Of a stretch of DNA of 64,000 bases, positions 36,220 through 44,046 are shown in pieces. Positions within the stretch are counted from its first letter, which is position 1, and each line of letters starts with the position of its first letter. Position numbers and translations under genes: made by a program. The notes under the pieces were generated by a model. The model was not told the DNA's origin and made no database searches. It saw only the letters and a list, made by a program, of their open reading frames with translations. Source of the DNA: Bacillota bacterium (GTDB lineage: Bacteria > Bacillota > UBA5301 > JAMCQP01); contig JAMCQP010000039.1 of assembly GCA_023381695.1 (NCBI GenBank), positions 2,151-66,150 of the forward strand, written 5' to 3'.

Positions 36220-37596
36220 TCAAAGTTGTTCAATCGTCGCCCGAGAGGTTGTCAAACGCCAACTCAGATGGCCGTTGGGGTCCGCCAGGGTGAGAGTGAC
36301 GGCTCCTTGTGCCACCATGTCCAATAGTTCGTATCCCGACACCCGAGTGGCGGCCGGGTTCACCCCAATGCTCAACGCCGAGCAGAAGAGAGCCTGCTTT
36401 GACCCGATCACCTTTTTGATGAGCTCTTCTCCCTCGGTTGCCTCAATGGCGGCAACCTTTCCGGCTTCGATGCCGAGGCGAAGGTTTTTGACGGGATGCC
36501 CCGCATAAACGAAGTCATCCGGGGCAAACGTTCCATGCGCACTGGCGGGTTTTGCAGGCAAGCGTACCTCCCCGGCGGGCAAGAATCCCACCTGCCAGCC
36601 TTCCTCCCTGGTTCCACGGGGAAACCTGGTGATCACCCTGGGGGGTTCATTGATGGTGAATTGCACTTCCGTCCCACCACGCCCGCGCACCGTTAACTCT
36701 TCCCCCACTTTGAAACGGGAAACATGCTGTTCAGCCTCGCTCTCCAGTTCTTCCGGGCTAACCGCCATCGCCTTCCAAAAGGTGTCGTAAAGCTTGGTAT
36801 AGTCCGTGCTTGTCAGCGCCCCCAGTGCCGGAGTAGGAAAACCGATCCACACCGTACGGCCGGTACGATTCCGGAGGGCTTGCAAGGCTTGCCATTCCCG
36901 TCGACGCCAGGCATCAAACTGGTCTTCCGGTATATTTTGAAAGACCGTCTCATCTGGAAATGGGTCAAGAGAGATCCGGCAGTCAATAAGGCTGTAGAGC
37001 TCTTTTTTCAGGAAGGGTTCCTCCTCAAGAACTTTCGCCGGAAGCTCACCAAGCGCCCTGGCGATTAACTCATCGCTTGTCACTTCCAGGATAGCGTCTG
37101 CTTTTGCATTCCAGACCTCAAAGACGATAGCTTCCAAAAACTCCATCTGATGGGGACCGCCCTCAACCAGCACTCTTTCCCCAGGCTCGATCATCAAAGT
37201 TTCATTGACGACGGTATGCGCCACCTTTCGAAAATCCACCCCCAGAACGTTTTGGCGGCGCCATTTCAAAAGATCGTCCTCCGCTGCTTGTTTGGCGATG
37301 GTTTCCACGTCGCTGTACATTCCGAGGCCGAGACCAAGCAGAAAGGTTTTGGCCTTGGCGCGATAATACTTCTCCGCTGCTCCCGATCTTGGTGACTCCT
37401 TCACCATTTCGATGAACCCATTTCTCTCAAGCTCTTTTACATGGTAATAGATTTTGGCATGGGGCTCGCCTAATATCGAAGCGAGCTGACCGACAGTAGC
37501 CTGATCCCTCACAAGAATGTCCAGTAACCGGATGCGTTTTTCGTCAGCCATTGCCTTGATCCGCCGGGGGTCTTCCACTAATATGAAGTCTTGCAT
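36220..37596 (-). CDS. ArsR-type winged-HTH fused to an M29 (AmpS/PepS-like) aminopeptidase-like domain
   Basis: The N-terminal KAMADEKRIRLLDILV..QATVGQLASILGEPHAKIYYHVKELE is ArsR-like. The remaining ~350 aa resemble thermophilic metalloprotease M29; catalytic residues were not verified. Confidence 0.5.
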   Translation of the reverse strand: MQDFILVEDPRRIKAMADEKRIRLLDILVRDQATVGQLASILGEPHAKIYYHVKELERNGFIEMVKESPRSGAAEKYYRAKAKTFLLGLGLGMYSDVETIAKQAAEDDLLKWRRQNVLGVDFRKVAHTVVNETLMIEPGERVLVEGGPHQMEFLEAIVFEVWNAKADAILEVTSDELIARALGELPAKVLEEEPFLKKELYSLIDCRISLDPFPDETVFQNIPEDQFDAWRRREWQALQALRNRTGRTVWIGFPTPALGALTSTDYTKLYDTFWKAMAVSPEELESEAEQHVSRFKVGEELTVRGRGGTEVQFTINEPPRVITRFPRGTREEGWQVGFLPAGEVRLPAKPASAHGTFAPDDFVYAGHPVKNLRLGIEAGKVAAIEATEGEELIKKVIGSKQALFCSALSIGVNPAATRVSGYELLDMVAQGAVTLTLADPNGHLSWRLTTSRATIEQL

Positions 37597-37602
37597 CCGA
37601 AT

Positions 37603-38838
37603 TCACTCCCTGGAAACTTCAAAGGTGGTCTTATTTAGTTCTGCGTAGGAAGGCGATTTCCTTCCTAAAATTCCTACTAGGCAAACGATGACTCCGATGC
37701 TCCCCATTATATTGTGCGCGCTAAATAGAGCCGCTAATGGGCCTGCAACAGCCAGACCCACGATACCGCCCAGCCGCCCCAGGGCGTTAATCGCGGCAAA
37801 AACGCGTCCCCGCATTTCAAGAGGAACGTGTGTCAATAGCAAAGTGTTAATTGGTATATCACTCAGCCCATCGGCGGCACCGATGAACCAGGCCCAAAAC
37901 AATACCACTCCGTAGCCTGGTCTTGTGAAGTAGAGAATTGAGGCGAGGCCCAGGCCGGTTATGGAGTTAAGAATCAACTTTCCCGGCTTCAATTTCTGGC
38001 CGAATTGCCCCACCAGGGCGGTGGAAAGGATTAAACCGGCGGATAAGACGGCTTCCACCAATCCGAATTGTTGGGGAGAGACCCGTAACCCATTCCGAAG
38101 GTAATCCACCATGAGGATGCTGCTGCTACCCATTACTAAAATAACGGGCGTATAGATTCCAAAGATGAACCGTAACTTCGGCTCATTCCAAATCGCCGAG
38201 GCCCCGCTGACAAGCTGGTTACGAAAGCTGGAACTGCGCCGCTCCTGCTTTTGTTCGGGAATAGGAAGAAAAAGGATTGACAACGAGGAAGCCAAAAATG
38301 TGGCTGCGTCCACCAGAAAGGCGCTTTTTACCCCCCATAGCCCAACAATCAAGCCTCCTGTGGCCGGCCCAAGAATCATCATCCCTTGCGTGGTCACCTG
38401 GATCAGGCCAACAGCGGCCATGTAGTTCTCCTTGCCCGCCATCTCGGGCATGACGGCCGAACGGGCGGGGTTGAAAACTGTCCCAAGCATGCCCAGGGCG
38501 AAGGCCAGCAGGTACAAATATGTGAGCGAGGGTGCCCAGATTACCGCGGCGATGAGCGTAGCGCGCAACAAATCGGCAACCACCATGATTGTTTTACGGT
38601 TAAACCGATCTACTAACACGCCTGCAACGGGGCCGAATATAATAGCCGGGATCGCCTGGCAAAAAGCGATGATGCTTAAGGCTACCGGCGAACTGGTCTT
38701 TTCGGTAACGAGGAGTAACAGGGCGATACGGGCGACCCCGTCACCAAAGTTGGAAATCGCCTGGGCAAACCACATGGTGATGAAGGTTGGCTTTCTGAAC
38801 AAGGGCAGATATCCCGCTTTCTGGATCATAGTGGACAA
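37603..38838 (-). CDS. MFS transporter
   Basis: 411 aa, 12 predicted TM segments, GVLVDRFNRK loop 2-3 motif. Confidence 0.8.
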   Translation of the reverse strand: MSTMIQKAGYLPLFRKPTFITMWFAQAISNFGDGVARIALLLLVTEKTSSPVALSIIAFCQAIPAIIFGPVAGVLVDRFNRKTIMVVADLLRATLIAAVIWAPSLTYLYLLAFALGMLGTVFNPARSAVMPEMAGKENYMAAVGLIQVTTQGMMILGPATGGLIVGLWGVKSAFLVDAATFLASSLSILFLPIPEQKQERRSSSFRNQLVSGASAIWNEPKLRFIFGIYTPVILVMGSSSILMVDYLRNGLRVSPQQFGLVEAVLSAGLILSTALVGQFGQKLKPGKLILNSITGLGLASILYFTRPGYGVVLFWAWFIGAADGLSDIPINTLLLTHVPLEMRGRVFAAINALGRLGGIVGLAVAGPLAALFSAHNIMGSIGVIVCLVGILGRKSPSYAELNKTTFEVSRE

Positions 38839-38897
38839 GGGATTCCCTCCTCGCTAAAAAAATTTTTCATATACCAGGTCATATGCCAATATATGCG

Positions 38898-39503
38898 TTA
38901 CCCGCACAGATCTTTTGCGTAGATCTGGGCTAATTTTTTTTTGGCAATGGTAAGCCGCGACTTCACCGTGTTTACAGGAATCATGGTTACCCGGGAAATT
39001 TCCCGAAGGGACATCTGTTCAAAGTAACGGAAATAGACAATCTCGCGATAACATTTCGCAAGCTGCTCCAATATCTCTGTCATATAAAGGCGCTGGATCG
39101 CTTCAGAAAGGCCTAACACATCATTTTGTGGCAGTGTCTCTTTCAAATAGATCAATTTTTGAGGTTCAACCAGCATATAACTAAATTTGTTCTGAAACCT
39201 GTAGGTGTCAATCAATTTGTTTCGCAAAATTCGCCTGAGCCAGAAAGTAAAGCTCGCGGCGTCCCCTTGAAATTTTCCGGCATGCTGAAAAACAGCCATG
39301 AGCGTATCCTGGACGATTTCTTCGACGACAAAGTGATCAGATGTAAGGTTAGTTGCGTACTTAAAGATTTGTGGCCTGAACATTTCTACGAATTCTTCAA
39401 AGGCGTTCAAGTCCCCATTGGTAATTTGATTCAATAACCTCTCGAAATCTTTCGTGGCTTCGAACGGTTGAGCGGTTCTGGCAAGGTCAGGAAAATTTTT
39501 CAT
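38898..39503 (-). CDS. ECF-type RNA polymerase sigma-70 family factor
   Basis: Region 2 (IFKYATNLT....EEIVQDTLMAVF) and region 4 HTH (MSLREISRVTMIPVNTVKSRL). The sequence is AT-richer than its flanks. Confidence 0.8.
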   Translation of the reverse strand: MKNFPDLARTAQPFEATKDFERLLNQITNGDLNAFEEFVEMFRPQIFKYATNLTSDHFVVEEIVQDTLMAVFQHAGKFQGDAASFTFWLRRILRNKLIDTYRFQNKFSYMLVEPQKLIYLKETLPQNDVLGLSEAIQRLYMTEILEQLAKCYREIVYFRYFEQMSLREISRVTMIPVNTVKSRLTIAKKKLAQIYAKDLCG

Positions 39504-39521
39504 AGCAACCGCCTCCTTTGG

Positions 39522-39550
39522 TTGAACCTACGAAAAACTTTACATAAAAT
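39522..39550 (+). promoter_or_regulatory. Candidate sigma-A promoter (TTGAAC-17-TAAAAT) facing the MFS/peptide operon
   Basis: TTGAAC 39522-39527, 17-nt spacer, TAAAAT 39545-39550. Confidence 0.4.
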
Positions 39551-39681
39551 GTGCAGATCCTTTTGCCGTTCTTAACCGTCTTAATTAGTGAGTATACATT
39601 TTAATAAAATCTTCTGGGTGTTAAAGTGTTTTCCTGCTAATTTATCATCTGTCAAAAAAATTTTTTTAGCCAAACAATGAG

Positions 39682-40947
39682 GTGAAGGCGCTAATGGCCC
39701 TGATGATGATGGTGCGTTGGTTGATACGTAGGGAGAATAACCGTTTTTTTCTCCTGTGGGTGAGCAAGGCATTATCTGAAGCTATTGATTGGATTCATTA
39801 TTTCGCTCTCATCTTTTATACCCACGCTCTGACTGGCTCCATGCTGGCGACGGGAATGGCGTTGGTTTTCGGTTCAATTCCTTCGTTACTTTTAAGCCAT
39901 GGGGGAAGTGTATTAGCCAGCCGGCGAAATTGTAAATTTATTATTATGGTAAGCAATTTTTTGAGTTTCTTTCTGGCTTTGTTTATTGGTTTGAGGGCTT
40001 TCCATGGTTCACCCACGGTTTATGAAATTTACGTGGTGGCATTTCTGATGGGGGGTTGTAAGGCGTTCTTTCGATTGGTATTGGCTATAAGCATATCAAT
40101 CGTCGTTCCCGCCAATGAGTTGAATATAGCACACTCCCTAGCCAGACTGGCTTCCAACATCACCGAGATCGCCGGACCTCTGGTTGGGGGGGCGGTGATT
40201 GCTTTGTACGGGGCACCCATGGCTTTCGTTGCCAATGGGGTGTTATTCTTGGCGGCCGCCGTTACAGGAGCATTTATTAGCATCCCGCACCAGATCGACT
40301 TTTCTGCCCGCGGTAATTTATTGAATTTAAGAGAAAACCTTAAATACATAAAGAAAAACCAAACAGTGCGGCCAATAATCTTTGTGATGATCATGGTGGT
40401 GTTTTTTGCCCGACCTATGCCCATGGTCCTAAAAGTTTTGTTACATGAGTATTACCAGATTGGAAGCTTGGGTTTGGGTTTTCTGGTTGGCGCCAGCGCC
40501 ATTGGAACTCTTCTGACCACAAGTTACCTTGTAGCCAGGCCGACATGGTTGGGGCGAACGTATATGTTCCTGGGTTTTCCGGCTGTGTCAGGAATTATCC
40601 TTGTACTTGTTGGATGGATTCAAAACTTTTATGTGGCGATAGGGTTGATGTTCTTAGAAGGACTCGTTGGAGGCCTGGGCGAGATAACGTTCAGCATACT
40701 GATTCAGCTTGCGGTGCCAGATCAAATGCAGAGAAGGGTTTTCAGGTCCTTTTCCACGGTGACGGCGATGGTTACTCCATTATCGTTTGCGGTTGCGGGT
40801 GTTGCCCTGGAAAAAGTTGGGGTCCAGACGATCTTGAGTATCGGCGGTTTCGCTCTTGTAGCGGGAGGATTGACATTGTTTAAGAATGCCTTGCAAACTA
40901 TGTGGCGAGGAGGAATCAGTTCCCTTATTTCCACGAGCAAGAGCTAA
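39682..40947 (+). CDS. MFS transporter (EntS/MFS_3-like), putative exporter of the cluster
   Basis: 421 aa, 12 TM segments. ATG 39694 after GAGGTGA is an alternative start. Confidence 0.8.
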   Translation: MKALMALMMMVRWLIRRENNRFFLLWVSKALSEAIDWIHYFALIFYTHALTGSMLATGMALVFGSIPSLLLSHGGSVLASRRNCKFIIMVSNFLSFFLALFIGLRAFHGSPTVYEIYVVAFLMGGCKAFFRLVLAISISIVVPANELNIAHSLARLASNITEIAGPLVGGAVIALYGAPMAFVANGVLFLAAAVTGAFISIPHQIDFSARGNLLNLRENLKYIKKNQTVRPIIFVMIMVVFFARPMPMVLKVLLHEYYQIGSLGLGFLVGASAIGTLLTTSYLVARPTWLGRTYMFLGFPAVSGIILVLVGWIQNFYVAIGLMFLEGLVGGLGEITFSILIQLAVPDQMQRRVFRSFSTVTAMVTPLSFAVAGVALEKVGVQTILSIGGFALVAGGLTLFKNALQTMWRGGISSLISTSKS

Positions 40948-41035
40948 ATAGATCTGGTAGAAATGCGCGTTTCATGTTTCATGCCATTTTTCCCGGAGGA
41001 GGGGAGAAATAATGGGGTGAGAAGGAGGTGAGAAC

Positions 41036-41119
41036 ATGAAGTATGCAAAGCCAGTGCTGCGGGAGGTAGTTGTCACGCTTACGGCGGATAAGTGGTTAAT
41101 CAGTATCAAGGCCGAATAA
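41036..41119 (+). CDS. 27-aa candidate RiPP precursor peptide MKYAKPVLREVVVTLTADKWLISIKAE
   Basis: AGGAGG (41023-41028) lies 7 nt before the ATG. TAA stop at 41117-41119. Located directly upstream of the rSAM/SPASM gene and too short for the ORF track. Confidence 0.6.
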   Translation: MKYAKPVLREVVVTLTADKWLISIKAE

Positions 41120-41155
41120 TAAGCCTGGAAAGCTCTTGAAATTCAGAGGTCAAGG

Positions 41156-41178
41156 ATCCCCTCTCCTCCGGGGATTTT
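41156..41178 (+). terminator. Weak hairpin plus T-run after the peptide ORF (possible attenuator)
   Basis: ATCCCC (41156-41161) pairs with GGGGAT (41170-41175), with an 8-nt loop, followed by TTT. Confidence 0.3.
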
Positions 41179-41235
41179 CAGCAGTCAAGCGCGCAAAGTT
41201 TCTGTTTTGTTGCTCAAGAAAGGGGAGCGTTTTGG

Positions 41236-42348
41236 ATGATAGATAAAAAAAAGCTGTCGGTTGTCCGGTGGGATATCACATCGAAATGTAACTTTAATTG
41301 CAGTCATTGCTATGCAAGCAGCCTGCATCGATCACAATCCTCCGACCTGTCGCTGGAAGAAGTTCAAGTCGGGATCAAAAACCTCGGAGATCCGGGTGTC
41401 TCAACTGTAATGTTTTACGGAGGAGAGCCACTTTACAGGGACGATATTGTAAAAGTTGTCGAGGCCTGTACAGAGCAAGGCATTCAGACCTACATCACCA
41501 CCAACGGCTATCTGCTGGACAAGAAATGCGCGGCTCTTGTTCAAGCGGGGCTGAGGGGATTTGGTGTGAGCTTGGACGGGGCGACGGAAGATGTCTATGC
41601 GTATATCAGAGGAGGCAACAGATATGAACAGGTCATTGCCAATTTTAAGGAATTATCGAAACTGCACGTCGCTTCGAGGGTGATAGTGATGGTCCTTATG
41701 AAGGAAAACGCCGCTGACGCCTCCAAAATGATCAGACTTGCGCGCGATCTGGATGCCACAGGGGTGATTTACGAAGGACTTGCCGTTGACGGCAACGCCC
41801 TGGTTTCCAAAAGAAGCACGCCGTTGGAACCGGGGGAATACGTGCGGGTTTTCGAGAGTATCGTGGAAGAGACGCTTCGAGTGGGATTTCCAGTGGAAGC
41901 CATCAATCTGCGAATGGCTCCCCCTAAAGTAGTCCAGCACTTGAACAGCAAATACAACGTCGGGTTGGATGTGGAGCAAGGAACGTGTCGGGCAGGCATG
42001 AACAGCGTGTTTATAGATTCCCGGGGATTGGTCTTCCCATGCAGAGGGGTGCATCCCAGGATGACCATCAAGACCGGATTCAAATTAAAAGGGCTAAGCG
42101 TAGTGCAAAACACCCTTCACGATATTCTTCGCTCCGATGAATTTTCAAGTTTCTTCATGCTGGGGGATATCCGAAAGCCCTCAAACGACCTGGTGGGATG
42201 CAGAGGTTGTTCCCATTTGTTTCATGATTGCCACCCCTGCCCGATTGCGTTTGCCACTCAGCAAAGCGCGCATGTGGAGGGGTGCATCAATTACCCGCTG
42301 GGCGCCATATGCCAGGCTTCAAGCGAATCAGGCTTGAACATAGCTTGA
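41236..42348 (+). CDS. Radical SAM enzyme with C-terminal SPASM-type auxiliary-cluster domain
   Basis: C18-N-F-N-C22-S-H-C25, GGEPL, CRAGMNSVFIDSRGLVFPC (Gx4C), CRGCSHLFHDCHPC, and two further C-terminal Cys. Confidence 0.9.
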   Translation: MIDKKKLSVVRWDITSKCNFNCSHCYASSLHRSQSSDLSLEEVQVGIKNLGDPGVSTVMFYGGEPLYRDDIVKVVEACTEQGIQTYITTNGYLLDKKCAALVQAGLRGFGVSLDGATEDVYAYIRGGNRYEQVIANFKELSKLHVASRVIVMVLMKENAADASKMIRLARDLDATGVIYEGLAVDGNALVSKRSTPLEPGEYVRVFESIVEETLRVGFPVEAINLRMAPPKVVQHLNSKYNVGLDVEQGTCRAGMNSVFIDSRGLVFPCRGVHPRMTIKTGFKLKGLSVVQNTLHDILRSDEFSSFFMLGDIRKPSNDLVGCRGCSHLFHDCHPCPIAFATQQSAHVEGCINYPLGAICQASSESGLNIA

Positions 42349-42386
42349 ACTTATTCCAAAATCATGGTTCAAGGGAGGAGAGCATC

Positions 42387-42665
42387 ATGGATCTTCACGA
42401 CAAACCCCAAAAGCTTGCCATGGTTTACGCTCGTCGCCAACAGGATGGTTATGGGCTTTTCAACACTGAAACAGCGCGGTTTTACATCATAAACGAGATC
42501 GGTTACGAGGTGTGGGAAAGATGCACGGGAAGCAATACGGTGCAACAGATAGCCCAGGCCTTGTTCGAGATCTTGTTGGATCCACCTGAGCCCGATGCTG
42601 TGGAAAAGGATGTCCTGGAAATATTGGATCAGATGCATCAAAACGGACTGGTATCCGTGGCCTGA
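42387..42665 (+). CDS. PqqD-family protein (stand-alone RiPP recognition element)
   Basis: 92 aa. ...GYGLFNTETARFYIINEIGYEVWERCTGSNTVQQIAQAL.......VEKDVLEILDQMHQNGLV fits the PqqD pattern. AGGGAGGAG SD. Confidence 0.8.
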   Translation: MDLHDKPQKLAMVYARRQQDGYGLFNTETARFYIINEIGYEVWERCTGSNTVQQIAQALFEILLDPPEPDAVEKDVLEILDQMHQNGLVSVA

Positions 42666-42678
42666 GAGGGGTATTTTC

Positions 42679-44046
42679 ATGGCGTCTATAACCATTGTCA
42701 ATTCAGCCTTTCCCTCCAGGCGGCCGTATTTTCCCATCGGCTCCCTGATCGTCGCTGCTTCGATTGAACATGCGGGGTACCGGGTTAATTTCCGTGACTA
42801 TCAGCTTGCCACCGGGGAAAATTACGCGTCGCCAACCGCATTTGCAAAATTTCTCGTGGAATGTGGCTCGGAAATCGTGGGGATTACCGTCTTCGCCAAT
42901 ACGTTACCAACCGTGTTGTTGGGCATCCAGCTCCTAAAAGAGCGATCGCCCGACGTCAAGGTCGTTCTTGGAGGGCCGGGGGTATCCGGGCTTTCGGAGA
43001 GGATTATGGCGTTATCGCCGGTTGACGTGGTGGCCAGAGGCGAAGGCGAGTATACCGCGCCGCGGGTTGTAAGAGCATTCCTTGGAAACGAAGAGTTCTC
43101 TAGCATATCCGGAATAACGTACAGGCAGGGTTGGGACGTCATTAGCAACCCGGATTCTCCCCGGGCAAAAAACCTGGATCTTCTTCCATTTCCTGGTTAC
43201 AACCTGGTCAATCTGGTGGATTACGGCAATGAAGTGGGCATCATAACCAGCCGCGGATGTCCTTACCAATGTTCATTCTGCGCCAAGCCAATCTGGGAAC
43301 ATGGCGTCTCTTTCCGGACGATCCCCAACGTGATTTCGGAGTTATCTGCTCTCAAGGGCACAATTAGAAAACTTTACATTTCCGACGATTCCTTTGTCAG
43401 CGTGAGAGAGAGAGTCCTCCAGTTTTGCAGCGATTATCTGGGAAGCGGGATCGCCACCGAATGGGAGTGTACTGGCCGAGTGGGGCTGGTCGATGACACA
43501 TTGCTGTCCTTGATGGCCGCGGCTGGTTGCACGGACATCTTCTTCGGAATCGAGTCGGGTTCTAACCGAATATTGAGCAGAATTTCCAAGAAATTCGTGA
43601 TCGAAGATGCAAAACGGGATTTATTGCTTGCCTCCCAAAAGATCCGGCGCGTGCACGTATCGTTTATCTGGGGGTTTCCGTTTGAGGATCTGGATGACTT
43701 TCAGAGGACGATTTATTTCATCCTGGAAAACACGGCCAGGAATCCTTTCAACCCGGTGATGACGCTTGCCACCCCGTTTATTTCTTCGCCGCTATACAAC
43801 GAATTCAAGGACAGGCTCGTCTTCCTTCCGGACAACCATTATAACGGGTCAACCCTCGGGCGGGGAGAAACTCTGGAAAAGTACCCCGAGATGCTTGATT
43901 TCGTGAAAAGACACCCGGATGTGTTCCCATCCTTTTTATACTTTGATCACGCTGATTTTGGAGAGAAACGTGATATTGTGGACAGAATCATCGCCAACCA
44001 AAAAATTGGGGAGGGATCGAGACATGGCGGACGTGACAATCGTTAA
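42679..44046 (+). CDS. B12-binding-domain radical SAM enzyme (class B), paralogue 1
   Basis: N-terminal Rossmann-like cobalamin domain (VVLGGPGVS), rSAM motif SRGCPYQCSFC. Confidence 0.85.
   Translation: MASITIVNSAFPSRRPYFPIGSLIVAASIEHAGYRVNFRDYQLATGENYASPTAFAKFLVECGSEIVGITVFANTLPTVLLGIQLLKERSPDVKVVLGGPGVSGLSERIMALSPVDVVARGEGEYTAPRVVRAFLGNEEFSSISGITYRQGWDVISNPDSPRAKNLDLLPFPGYNLVNLVDYGNEVGIITSRGCPYQCSFCAKPIWEHGVSFRTIPNVISELSALKGTIRKLYISDDSFVSVRERVLQFCSDYLGSGIATEWECTGRVGLVDDTLLSLMAAAGCTDIFFGIESGSNRILSRISKKFVIEDAKRDLLLASQKIRRVHVSFIWGFPFEDLDDFQRTIYFILENTARNPFNPVMTLATPFISSPLYNEFKDRLVFLPDNHYNGSTLGRGETLEKYPEMLDFVKRHPDVFPSFLYFDHADFGEKRDIVDRIIANQKIGEGSRHGGRDNR

Noticed and set aside
40963-41031. 22-codon ORF MRVSCFMPFFPEEGRNNGVRRR upstream of the 27-aa ORF as an alternative precursor
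   Set aside because: There is no SD-like sequence upstream, and it reads through the SD of the 27-aa ORF. It was kept only as a remote alternative because it does contain one Cys.
41036-41119. Lasso peptide precursor
   Set aside because: The YxxPxL motif and PqqD partner fit. However, no Asn-synthetase-like lasso cyclase or transglutaminase-like B2 protease is present, and no Gly/Ala/Ser/Cys-1 plus Asp/Glu-7 to 9 core is evident.
41036-41119. Sactipeptide or ranthipeptide precursor
   Set aside because: The peptide contains no cysteine, so thioether formation by the SPASM enzyme is impossible.
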